Shown in pieces: positions 41,005 to 53,700 of a DNA stretch of 64,000 nt. The stretch comes from Geosiphon pyriformis uo1 (Eukaryota > Fungi > Glomeromycota), in the NCBI GenBank assembly GCA_016748015.1, contig JAAOMT010000672.1, positions 13,428 to 77,427 of the forward strand, written 5' to 3'. A program made the translations under genes and the position numbers. Position 1 is the first letter of the stretch; every line of letters starts with the position of its first letter. The notes beneath the pieces are model-generated. The model searched no databases. It was not told the DNA's origin and worked only from the letters and a program-made list of their open reading frames with translations.

Positions 41005-41440
41005 TCCAGTTGAACCAAAACCTTGAGTTTCTCTTTCACTTTTTCCCAATTGTTCTCTGTTGTTTACTAATTGTAAACCCGAAATGTTGATTAAGGGTAA
41101 GTAAATTGCTTGAGCAATTTTTTCAGCATGTTCAATTTTGAATGATTTGTTTGTCTCATTTTGTAACATAATGGTAATGTCTCCAGTGTATCTTGGATTT
41201 ATAACTCCTCCTCTAATATTGATTCCTTTGCTTGCCAATGATGATCTGGAGGCAATTTGAACCATTACTACTGGTGGTATTTTAAGAGCAATTTTGAGAT
41301 TGATTTTTGTCAAGAACTTTGATTGGAGAACCAAAGTATCTTTCCTTAAGTATCTTAGGTCATATTCAGCATCAATTTCGTGTGCTTTTTCTGGTCTGAT
41401 TCCTTGGCCATGGTTGTCAAAATATTTAAGTTGTAGAGAT
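41005..41440 (-). pseudogene. dut: dUTPase domain of A2
   Basis: AEYDL, ASRSSL, GGVINPRYTG, IAQAI, RETQGFGSTG. Confidence 0.9.
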
Positions 41441-41529
41441 GATTGCTTTTCAAGAAGATAGATGGGGGTGGTTGGTAGTTCAGATACTAGTTCAGATACT
41501 CCAAATTCGATTTCATTTTTATTATTCTC

Positions 41530-42170
41530 ATCTGGCAAAGGAATGCTAAGAGCATAACATTCTAAACACCATTGGTCATTACAAGGCATAACACATTCTT
41601 CACACAATTGAATGTTCATTTGCTTTAATCATTGAATTTGAGCTTCTTTGGTCGGATATGTGTGGCTTGTAATTTGGTGGTAGGTTTCTACTTCATCTTC
41701 ATAATCAAATCCAGCTAATTCCATAGTATACTTAATGTATTTAGCTTCTTTCATTTGGTGGAGATCTTCTTGGGTGGCTCTATTGATTAAAGCTATTGCT
41801 AAGTCAAAAATCATTTTAGCATCATGTGGGTGATGGTATAGTTTGTTGAGAGCACTGTTATATACTGCATTAAATAGTGTTTCTCTTCTCACTTTTTTCG
41901 AAATTGATAGAGCATATTGACAGGTTTGATCACATACTCCTCCTCTTATTGCAACATCAATCCAGTTGCATTCTTCTGGTAACATATCTCCACATATAAA
42001 GCAAGGTGTGTTGTCCCATTTTCCACTTCTCTTTGGGGATCCAAATTGTTCTCTATGGCATGCTTTGCAGAAGTAGCAAGTGTGAGTTTCATATTCCTCT
42101 TCTAAGGAAATACAGGCTCCCATAGATGAAAGCTTCTTTTTGCAATCTTTGCATTTTAGTGGAATGTATG
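41530..42170 (-). pseudogene. Cys-rich domain of A2
   Basis: CKDCKKK, CYFCKAC, CFICG, CDQTC, CEECVMPC...CLEC. Confidence 0.72.
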
Positions 42171-42379
42171 GTGATTCTTTTTGTAGTTCTGGTGTGGAAT
42201 ATCTAACTTTCTTCTATTCTCTTGATTCTTCAAAAATCTCTTGTTTTGTTTCTTCAGCCCAATTGGATGTTAATCCAAGAGCCATGTAGGTTTCAGTAAG
42301 TGGCATTTTTTTCTCCTCTTCAAATTCAAATACTGGGGCTTTTTCTGATCATTTGTTAAAAGTACCATAAGTAGCAGGT

Positions 42380-42760
42380 ATTATAGTGTATTGTCCTTGG
42401 TATGAGATTTTTAATTCCTGAGTTTCCCAGTCCAAGTTTGCATTGGCCTTAAGAAGCCAATCATTTCCAACCAGAGCTTGGTATTGGGGTGCATTCATGA
42501 CTAGAACTTTAACTGGAATGGTGATTCTATTAATGGTAAATGGAAAATTGTCAATTTCTCCTACTGGTGTCTTTTTCATACCATCTGCTGTAACAATTAC
42601 AGTTTGAGCTGGTCTGTCAACAGTTCTTTGAAGTTGTTGCATTAACTGGTAAGTGATAATACTTCCAGCTGACCCACTGTCTAGAATTAGTCAGATGGGT
42701 TTTTTTTCTACTGTAGCTTCAGTGTACATAGCAGTGATAGCTTTTTGTTCATTAGCTGCT
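42380..42760 (-). pseudogene. Retropepsin-type aspartic protease of A2
   Basis: LILDSGSAGSII; ALVGNDWL. Confidence 0.88.
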
Positions 42761-42999
42761 GCATTACTAAACAAGAATAGTGATTTATTTGTTTCAAATT
42801 CGAATGGGAATATATCTGAAAGGTTGGCATTTTGGGCAATTTGAGCTGGTGGAATAGTGTTGTTGGAAGAGTTTGATCTGGGTGCTGCAACTTCACCTTC
42901 AGAAAGTGCAGGTGGTTGAAAATCCGATTCCTCTGGTATTATAAGATAACTGGATTGAGTGTAATAGTGATTGGGTCTTTGCTGACCAGAATTTCAGAG

Positions 43000-44781
43000 A
43001 ACTAACTGGTTATTTGAATTAATTCTGTTGTTGTTATTCTGAAATTGATTTTGGAGTGTGAATTGGTTATGTTGAATCAATCTTCTTGCTGGTACTTGAT
43101 ATTGTTAAGTAGGTAGTGTCTAATATGGCTGAATAGATAAAGATTGCTGATATTGTTGCTGCATTGGTTGTGGAGCTGGTGGATAGTAACTGTTTTGATT
43201 TTGTGGTCTTGGTAAATAATAGGTTAGTGGTGGGGGTTGGTAATAAGATTGTTGTGGTGAAGAGTAACGTTGATTACTCCTGTTTTGTTGGTCTCTTTGT
43301 AATTTCCTACAATCTTGTTTCCAGTGTCTTGGAATTCCACAATAATGACAATTTTGAGGTTGGTTGTTAGATGGTAATCCAAAATTGTTTTGGTTGCGTC
43401 ATTGTGATAGTTGATATTTTTGTGGTTGTTGCTGCTGTTATTGCTGGTTTGTAAAATAGCTTTCAACCTTCTTTGTGAGTTGGTCTATCTTTTCTTTAGC
43501 TGCTGAGTTGTTTTCTCCAATTGCAAGGTTTACAAGCTTGGTGTGATTTGCTTCTTCTATTGCCATTTCATAGCTTTTTGCATGTCTAATAGCAGTTGCT
43601 AAGTCTGCTAGAGCATGTGGGCAGACTTTCTTAATCAGTTTGTCTTTTAACTCTGCTATAAACTGATACAGAATTTGAGCATCAGAATAGTAGTTGTTGG
43701 TTTCCAATTGTCGGATTCATCTGAGAAGTTTGTTAAATCTTTCAAGATAAGTCATAACAGTTTCAGATGTTTCTTGTTTGATATTGCGAAAGCAATTGCG
43801 AAGAGTGATAGAGGTGTTGTTGTCAGTGAATTGTTGTAAGAAAGCATCTTTGAATGCTTGCCAGTTCTTAAATGGTTCTTCTAAATTTTCAAATCATTCT
43901 TCTACTGTTCCTTGGAAAAAGTAAGTAATTGCTTTGAGCATTCTTGCTGCAATCCAACCATTTGCATCTCCTGCTTTTTGAACTTTGTCAAGTTATTCTT
44001 GAGGACTGGTATCATTGTCTTTACCAGGGAATTCTGGGATTTTTGCAATGTAAGCAGTTGCCATTTCTTCTTCATTTTCTGTAATTTCTTCTGGTTTTGA
44101 TTCAGTTTTTTCACTTTCCGAGCTTTCTAAATGATTACTTTCGTTTTTCTGTAAGTAATCAATAATATTGGCACTTGTTGATATTGGTTTCTGCTGTTGA
44201 GTAGGATTTCTAGGTAACTGAAAATCTTCTGGTCTGGAGAAGCGGTTGAGTGGTTAATTTGGTGTTTGTGATTGAACAAGTGAAATTGGAAATGGTGTAA
44301 TAGAAAGTGGTAATTTGACACTGGTTCTTTGTTCAGGTGTTTGCAAGTGTTTGGCAGTTGTTTTTGGTAGTATTGGAGTATTTGGGGTGGTTCTTGAGTA
44401 TTGCTTCAATCTTTGTTTGCCTTTGTTGCTTGTTTTTGTCTCTGATTCAAAGTCAATAGAGTATTGAGCTTGTACTGAATATTTTTCTTCACAATACTCA
44501 ATAATATTAAAATTAAGTTTTTGGAAGTAGGTAGCAAGTGTTTTACTGTTCAGGTCTTCTGTTCTCAATTGTGAATAGTGCACTAAATTATTGTAGAGGT
44601 TGCTTCTGACTTCTGAAATGTTGTAGTTTCTGAAAAAATAATTGTTGATATGGTTTTCAATGTATTGGTATACTGATTTCTTGACAACTTCAATTCCGTC
44701 TGGAATGTTGAATCTTTGCTTGCAGTGGGTGTAAATTGACTGGTAATACTCTAGAGTTGCTGTGTCTGGTGTGGTCGCCAC
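43000..44781 (-). pseudogene. gag: gag of A2 (N-terminal domain, capsid, CCHC knuckle)
   Basis: MATAYIAKIPEF..., IKQETSETVMTYL (MHR-like), CHYCGIPRHWKQDC. Confidence 0.88.
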
Positions 44782-44826
44782 TTTGAATTTGTTGTTGCTG
44801 TGTTATTTCTGTGGGAGAGCACCAAA

Positions 44827-45787
44827 TGTTACCAGAGGTTTTTGGTCTTTTTTTTTGAATGTTGTAACTGTCTGTTGGTTGCAAATTCACGTTTTCTAGA
44901 AGTAGTTGAATCTCCAATAACTGAATTTATCTTCAAATTATCTCTTATAATTTGAACTGCTGGGCTTATAAATGGAATGGCCAATTCCTTGCCAGTTACT
45001 TTATGTAGTTACGTTGTAGTAAATGTCAACTCTTTCCCAGAAATTGCTCATCTGGAAGCTTACTAAAAATGTGTAGTTACTTTGCTATGAAAGTCAACTC
45101 TTCTACAGAAATCTTGTCTGTAGACTACCCTAATAATTATAATAAGAAAATAAAAGAAAAGTAAAAGAAATTGAATTCTGTCAAGGGAAACGTTTTCTAT
45201 CCAGGCCTGAAGTCACTAACAGTTTACTAAAATTGGTAGCTAATCAATTTCAAAATGTTAGTTGGGTTTTGAGGATTTTCCAAGTGCAATAATTAAAAAA
45301 TTTGGTTTTTCAAATTATTTGATATNNNNNNNNNNNNNNNNNNNNTTTCTTGAAGAGAAAAGCTCTTTTTTTATACAACTTGTTGTAGTACTAGTCTATG
45401 AACTTGCACTTTTTCTCTTTGCTCAAATTTTGGCGAACTAAAGATACATTTTGATGGACTACAAGTTATTTCACTGAACTATTAATTAATTTGGGTGAAC
45501 TATTCATAATTTTGGCAAATTTCCATAAATTTTGGTGAATTTCTTATAAATTTCAGCAAATTTCTGTAAATTTCGGCAAATTTTTGAATGTTACAAAGTT
45601 CAGAGTATTGTGTAATTTGATCATTCTACTTTTTGTTATACTAATTAGATTATTTAATTGAGTCATGATATGTGATAATTGATTAAATAATAAATGATAA
45701 TTTGAAATGATATTAATATACTAATTAATTATAGGAATTATAAGAATAATTTCATGCTAATTAATAGCTAAAATTCTACTGGTAACA
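44827..45787 (-). repeat. 5' LTR of A2 (contains a 20-N assembly gap at 45326-45345)
   Basis: TGTTACCAG...CTGGTAACA; followed by PBS TGGTGCTCTCCC. Confidence 0.95.
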
Positions 45788-48720
45788 GCGCCAACTCAGA
45801 ACTTACAAGTCGTGAGACCTGTGACTGAACAATTGACCCAGAACCCCATTGGAGTTCACAAAACTAATAAGTAAAGCAATCTTGCTTTTAGACTGACACT
45901 GGGAAAAGAATTTCAAACCATAAAAAGAGAGGTGGTAAATCATATCACTAGGAAAATTGAGAGGAAGACCAGATTTAAGCTTTAAACCCTTATGAACCAG
46001 AGTATTCTACTTGTTGCACACACCAACAGAAACAAAACTGAACTGTGTCTTGTAGCTGATTATGGAATAGAGAACTGCTAACACCAGGTACAAAAACTGT
46101 TTATCTAAAACCACTTTTCTCAAAACCAAATTGCTGAAAAAATGAATGTCCAAATATGCCTTGACCAAACTAGGCTTAAAAAGACCATCAGTCAAAAAAA
46201 AGATACCAAGATACTGATGAGATTCACTTTTTTTGGCTATGAAAATAGGTGAACCACTGATGAAAAGAAACAGACTGCCAATTCTACTATTAATAGGAAT
46301 GACCACAGTTTTGTTATTATTAATTGAAATGTCATTAATTTGAAAAAATTCACTAGCAATGTTGAGAATATGTTGAGTAGCAGCCTAACTGCTGCCAATC
46401 CAAATTTTGTTGTCAACAAAGGCCCCAACAGCAAAAAAAAAAGAAAGCCCAGCTTGAAAATCAATGCAATTACTCTTGAAGACAAAATGGGAATTAAGTC
46501 TATAACTGCACACACTTTCTTAATGCTTGACTTCACACAAAAGTGGGTCATAAAAAATGTGCCAAAGAAGAGGCAAAAAAACCTCCCCTTGGTCCAACCC
46601 ATTATGTACATGATAGCCATCAAACAAACTGAAATCTGTCATAACCCAATTGGTCTGATTTTTATGAATATTACCAAAAAACTGAATAAACTTGTCACAC
46701 ATTTTGATCCTGACCAAACACTTCTCGAGATGCTCTTATCTAACAGAATCATACGTCTTCTGCATGTTCTATAACACCAGCCAGAGCTCCCGATCCTTTT
46801 CCAAAGCATCCTCAACAATTGAACCAATAGCAAAAATAGGAGTTTGGGTTGTTGTACCCTTCAAGACTGAAAAATTATTCCTTTGAAGAATGTCATGAGT
46901 ACTACATGCCAGCAATATTCTATTAGAGAGAATCTTGGAGAAGATTTTGTGAACTCTTTCGATCAAAGCTATAGGTCAGATGTTTGTAAGAACTCCTTTC
47001 CACTTATATGGTTTAAGAATTATCGAAACTCAGGCTTCCCTTCAAAGACCAGGCACAGATTCACAAGATAGGCAAGAATTTAGAAGCATTAACAACATAT
47101 CCAAAACAGATCTATCACAATGTTTCCACAACTCATTTGAAATACCCGAGAGACTAGCAGTCTTGCCATCAGGTAGATCAAAAACCACGCCAAACAATTC
47201 CAAAAACTCAATTGGTTGTATTACACCCCAAAAAATCTTGTCGAAAACATAGCTTAAAGACCTATACTGATAGTACTACTCTTTCAGGATATCAAGAACT
47301 ACCCTATGCTTCCTAGTCCAGCCTTCTATGATTTCATCCACCTTTGATTTTACAGGACCAGGTTCCAAAATTAGCTCATCATTCACAACCAAGTGATCTA
47401 AAATAACCTTGCAGAAAGGACACTCCAGAACACTTTGAATAGTGTAATCTTTGTTCAGCTCGAAACTTTCCATCTTTTTGTTGATTGCCAATTTGATTTG
47501 AGATTCCTTTCCATGCCTCAATTCTGCCAGTTTAAGTGAGCAATAAATTTTTTTGACCTTGGAGAGAGCTGACTGAATGGTATCAAAAGGAGAGCCAAAG
47601 AGAAAAAAAGATCTGACCATAGAAGCATTATTATTATCAAGAGAACTTCAGACATCCAACAGTGAAATGAACTTATTATGACAAGTCGACCAAGAAGCCT
47701 TAACCAATCTTGATACTAAAAGTTCCAATTTATGAAATTTGGATGATTTTTTAGTGAAGACATCATTATAGTCTTTGAATCATTTCTTTTTAAACACCTT
47801 ATTGGCCAAAAGAACTATAATTTTGCAAACAATATCCCACATTGCATCCAAATCTGAGAATCCTGTGGTAACAGCAAACTCATCCAAGAACATTGTGGCA
47901 TTAGCTGACATGGCACTCTTAAAATTGATCCATTTACTCTTATCAGTACCCTTGAAGTCAAACTTCCATTGGTCTTTATTCGCTTACTTGCAAAGAGAGT
48001 TTAACTGCATATCCAAAAGTCTACTCAAACCCACAGACACAGAAACAGATTGGTAATCTGTGTTAAAATGCTCACTGACTTCCGAAACATCATGATTCAC
48101 TATTGTATTGACCAAGTTTGGGGATACAAGCATATAATCAATTGTCTTCTTTATACCTCTGGAATTTGCCCAAGTAGGCTTCTTAACAGCTGAATTACCA
48201 ACCAAGGAATTAACTAGTCCCAAATCAAGACATTTTTTGAAACTCACATACTTGTGAGAGCCATCTTCATTGAAATTACCACCAAAAATGATAAAAATTT
48301 GTTGACTGCCTTCGCAATAAGAGAGTTAATATCACCAGCCTGAGAGAACCAAACCACTGAAGAGACACCAGCATAAAGTCCCAAAATTGACACTGAAAGT
48401 TTGTTCTTGAAAAGCAACTTGATAGACAGAAGCCGACCAGGCACCTCAGAAACTTTACTCACATGCTGAGCCAGAGAAACGTCCATGATTATGGCAACCT
48501 CAGCACCAAGAAAACCTGTATCCAAACCAGAGGTAAAAATCTGAACACCATCAAACCTATCTTTGATCCATGGCCTGCAGCCAGACCTTAATTTTGTTTC
48601 CATAACTATCAAGACCAAATTTCTCATTTCCCTATGTTAACAAACAACGTCTTCCTGCTTAGCAGGGACATTGATACCTCGAACATTGCATGTAGCAAAT
48701 TTCCAAACCAGATCTGTCAT
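45788..48720 (-). pseudogene. LINE ORF2 N-terminal part (APE endonuclease, RT)
   Basis: WKFATCNVRG, METKL, TIDYML, TDY; LWLVLQD, GLDQGEV, AFVDN, YLGIF. Confidence 0.9.
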
Positions 48721-50549
48721 TGGGAAAGATGAGGAGCAGGAATCAAACTAGCATTGTCCATTCTAGCTGAAAAGCTTATAACTATAACTGAAAGAATTCT
48801 CAATATTTCTTCCATTTTCGAGACAACCGAAGAATCAAAATTCGCCACTCCTGCAACAGTTCCACCACCAATAACCACACCTGAACCCTTACTTATCACT
48901 ATATCCGCTTCTTGATTCTGTGATGAAGGGGTCACCAATGGCTGACATCCAGGGCTAAGCTGGAAAACCATTGGCCCAGGTGCATCCAACCTCTTAGCCA
49001 GCTTATCCATACATTCTGCGAGGCTGACGAGACTGTGCTCAAGAGCAGCAAACCTATTATTTAACATTGAGGAAACTTGCAGAGTAGGCTTCATCTCCGA
49101 AGAGGAGCCATTATTCAACAGAACATTCCAAACAGGGAGAGGAGGGAAGGAGGACCCAGCAACAATCTTGGCCCACGAGATACCACCAAAAGAAATAGGA
49201 CAAACAATAGGTGCCAAATGCTTGGTGTAAATGGCCGCCAGCCTGTTTTTATCTGCATCTGAAAGAATCCGACATGGCAAGCCACCAGAGAATGATTTCT
49301 CATCTGTTACACAGCCCAGAAAGATATGACTCAGTTTCCTACACTTTGCATATTTAGCAGAACCAAGATAGGACCAACAAAATTGAGCACCTTTCAACAT
49401 GGGTGTGGTTCCCATGACAGCATCCAATAATTCCACTGACTCAAAACAAACAATGGTGCATCTGGCCCAGACATATATGACTGGATGGCAATCAATCACA
49501 CATGTTTTCCCACTCACAGAACCAATAAAGTCCCAAATGTTATGAGCATTTGTTTCTGCTGAAAGAGTATAGAGCAGTGTCCTATAATGATCCCTTATAT
49601 CCCATGTTATTTTGTCTAAATCTGATCTGGCAACATGCACCGCATCTTTCCCAATTAGAATGGACCACCTAACTACTAAAAGATCTGCCTGATTTTGCTC
49701 CTCAAATTCAATGATCACTTTCTGCTACAGTCCCACCAACTGCATCTTGATCAACTTAATAGTACCAAATTCAGCTAGTGCAGCATGCACAGCTTTAGCC
49801 GATGTTTCAACTGGAATTTCCTTCAACACCACAGCCCAATCTGAGCGACCAGTTGATTTTTTAAGATCGGTGTTCACCAAGATTTTTGCATCAGCAGCTA
49901 ATTTGGTAGTTTTCATTAAGCTAGATTTGGAAGTGAATGTCATCCAGATAATCCCAGAAAATTTTGAGAGGGTAAAGGCCCCCCCAAAACCATTGATTTT
50001 CGAAAATAATTTCCTGACCACAGCCAGCTTGTCTTGAGCAGATTTTCCAGAAATATTGACCAGATCAATGTTCAAAGCAAAAAACTTCCTAGTAGGCACA
50101 TCAACCAATTTTTTGAGAGGAGGGGGAAGCACTACAGATTCATTCAGAAAAATGTTATCATCATCATCATTGCCCAGAAAGTTGATTTTGCCCAAAGGCT
50201 TGCTTAGAGCCTGCTTGGTAACCAATCTCGGACCCTTTGGCATTTGGTTACTGTCTTTTCCTTCAAGAACATCTCCCTCTCCATAATTCAGATTAGTTTC
50301 CTCAATCAAAAACTCCTCCTCCATATCTACACTGTCAGATTTAGTAGTATCACCAGCTTTAGACCTCCAAGAACTACCAACTGGTTTACTAGGTAAAACC
50401 ATATTATGAACAATACTGTCTTTTAGAACACCCCCTTTTCTTTTCTTTCTAGAGACAACATCTTTGCTAACAGTATCCACACTAAAGCCCTTGACAGATT
50501 TCTTCATCGCAGCCACACTGGGACCAACAATGGTCTCGTAGTCAAGCAA
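48717..50549 (-). pseudogene. LINE ORF1 (RRM-like repeats, CCHC, coiled coil)
   Basis: Two in-frame ORF pieces split by TGG>TAG; AVVLKEIP, WSILIGKDAV, decayed CxxC..H..C; stop overlaps the ORF2 ATG (ATGA). Confidence 0.85.
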
Positions 50550-50709
50550 AAATAGTTTTGATTTATCATATTGAATTGTAAAAAACTTTTTTCAAAAAAA
50601 ACTTTTAACTCTTTTTTTAAAAATTTGGGACAAAGAAGAGAAAGAAGTTTTATATTATTTATTAAATTTTATAATAAAAAAAAAAATAAAAAAAAATAGT
50701 ATTAATTAA

Positions 50710-53700
50710 AAAATTATATATATATAATAAAAATAAAAAATACAATAATAATTATTTAATTTAATTTTTTATTATTTATTTAATAAATAAAACTCAATTA
50801 TTATTTAATATAATATAATAACTAAATATTTTAAACTAAATATAAATTATGTATTTATTATATATAAGTAGTTATTTAAATTAATTAAGATAATATTACA
50901 TAAGTATATATTTGTTTAATTAATAAAAAATAAAATAAATAATATTATTAAATAAGATTATTAACAGATTATAAACAAGATAAAATATAGTAAAATTATT
51001 ATAAACTAAACCATTTTTTATATATTAATTTTATATTTAGATCTATATAATTACATATTGTTATAATAATTAATTATTAAATTTCAAACAAATTTAATCA
51101 ACTTAAAAACTGTAATTTTAATATTATTAAAAATCAAAAATATTTTATATAATTAATTATTAAAAATAAAACTTTTTTTTAAAATTATATAAATATTAAC
51201 ATTAATTATATTAACAAATAACATTTACAATATTAATAACAAAAAACTTATATATTAATTAAAAATATTTAATAATTTTTTACATAATAAATTATCAATA
51301 ATATATATAAATAAATAGTTAAAACTTTTATTTTATTATAATATAAACACAAAATACTTAAATAAAAATGAATAAAAAAAATTTTTTGTCTTCTTAATTT
51401 TATGATCATGACCAGAGCAAAGAGTAAAAAAGCTGTACCTGATATTTGTCCTAAGATATCTAATAAAATTTCAATTAGAGGAGCTCTCTCTATTATAGAA
51501 GCAATTAAGCAAAACATTTTAGAAGCCTTCTCTTTATTCAGTAATCGTGAAAAGCTGCCTTTGATAGTCATTAAAGCAACTTCCTCATCTTTGACTGGTT
51601 TCTCATCAGTCAAAGTTCTCTTAAAGAAACACACTTGGATTAGTCCCAATGTTGCCTCAACCCCTTCAAAGAGCCCAAAAATTTTTAATAATAGACCAGT
51701 AAATAAGTTGGTATTCTCCTCTATAGCTTCAATATCTGGTGCTTTTAGCACCTCCTCTTCAAAGAAAATGGTCAAAAAGACCAAAAGTTCAGAAAAGTGA
51801 GAGCAGTCACTCGCCTCTGCTATTGTTACACCAAAACCCTTTGTGGTTCCCAATGAGATCTTAGATAAGATCTTCATAATATTATCAGGCATGTCATCCA
51901 AGATGGGCCAAAATCAATCACTGACTGTGTTGCCAAATGTGGTATCTTCCAGAAGATTTTTACTGATTTTAGAAGTAAAACAATCTCTTTCTGTTGGGTC
52001 ACCTGTTCTTGAGAACTGGGCTGATCAAATGAAAACTGAATCATCTCCTTTTTTAGTTTCTGGTGTTACTTCTGATGGTGCTTGGGAAACTATTGCTAGT
52101 TGTCAAAGATTTGCTGGGTGGGTGGTCTCCACTCTGGTGCTTGGTGCTACTTTTAAGATTAAATTGGCTTATGTTAAGACTGTTTTTCAGTCAGTATATG
52201 GTTTTTTGGGTGCAAAGTCAGTATCAAAAGACAATATGAAGCTATTTTGTGTGGAGTTTGCTTCTCAAGTGTCTTTAGAAGTTGTATTGTTGGTTGAGCT
52301 TACAAGCTCTGTACATTTGGCCACCCTCAAAATTGCCAAGTCTTTGGTAGTTTCTGAGTCTGGTTCCCCTTTTGCTACTGTTGTGCTGCATGATGTGCCC
52401 TTGGGTGTATCTGCTGCTGACATTAAGACAGCTCTAAGTGTTTTTGGTGTGGTTATTCATGTTGTGCTAAAGCCTGCTAATATTTGGCAATATGTGATGG
52501 TTTATTTTGAGAATTTGGTTGCTGTTACATCTGTTTTTAATCACTGGTCAGTTTTGGTGAGCAAAAATAGTGTTTGGATTCTTTCTCTTGTAAATTAACA
52601 AGAAACAATTATGTCTCATGATAGGTTTAAGACCAAATTAGTCAACCTTCCTCCTGGCTGCACTGTTTTTGAAATCAGTGATATGATTTCTCAAATTGGT
52701 GGTCGGACTTGTTTTATTCCTTGGTTTATTGATTCTGGTCATTGTTTCTGCTTTGTTTTGGTCACATTTGGCTTTCAAGCTGATTTGGATCTTGCTATTA
52801 TCAAAACTGGTACACTGAAAAAATGCCATATCTGGTAAGAAACTTTTGGTTGTAAATGCTGTTTTAAGTGCCAAGGGACTGGCTATCTGGCTGTTGACTG
52901 TAAAATGTTCTTGCTTTCTCCTCCCAAAACTCCCAAAGTATTCAATCCACATGTTGTGAGTAATGTTTCTTATGTTAAAGTTTTTGCCCCTCTAAATGTT
53001 TCTGGATTTTCTTCTTTGGTGGCTTCTGATCTGTTGGCTTCTCCACTTGCTATATCTTTTGCCATTCCTGTTGCTGACTTTGCTACTAAGCTTAAGTTGA
53101 ATTCTATGAAGAAACAGATTTTGGATCTAACTGCTTTGGTTAAGTTTATTATTGAGCCAATTGGTTCTTTGGTTACTTTGGTTACTACTCTTTTGAATAA
53201 TAATGCTGTCAAGGCTTTAAAGATTGAGAAAGATCTTCTGACTATGTGTAATGCCTCCAAAGGCTTTGTTGATCTTTTGGTTGGTGTGTCTAAGGATTTT
53301 GCCAGTTTTAAGACTGAGATAAAGTTTGGTAATTTTGATGATGATGATATTGGTGCTGCCAAGACTTCTTTATTGAATGATGACACAGTTGACCATGCAG
53401 TTGCTTTGTGGCAAATGTGTAGTCCTAAAGTTAAAGGTAATAGTAAAAAAACTAGATTGTTTTTTAGTAAGTTTATTTTTGATTCTAGAAATTTGAATGG
53501 TATTATTGAGAGACTTGGTAAGCTGGGTTTCCTCCCGGTTTTTTTTGACTTAGCTTAGTTGGTGTTTTGACTGATTTGGGTGGTTGGTCACATGTAGAAA
53601 GAGCATAAGACACATTTAATTTTGTAATCTCATAGTAATGCAGTGTATTAGATAATGTTTAGGCACACTTTGTTAAAACGTTAATAATAATAAAAATGAT

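Larger units (their letters stand above)
35897..45787 (-). mobile_element. Full-length Ty3/Gypsy family A copy A2 (~9.9 kb)
   Basis: Two LTRs, PBS, PPT (36908-36920), TSD GCGT/GCGC, complete gag-pol and ORF3. Confidence 0.96.
34139..50680 (-). mobile_element. Full-length LINE (ORF1 + APE-RT-RNaseH-CCHC ORF2), interrupted by Gypsy A2
   Basis: Poly(A) tail at ~34139; candidate TSD A6-T-A8/9-TAGTATT at 34117-34138 and 50681-50703; removing A2 restores LSWRSIHPLNSP. Confidence 0.9.
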
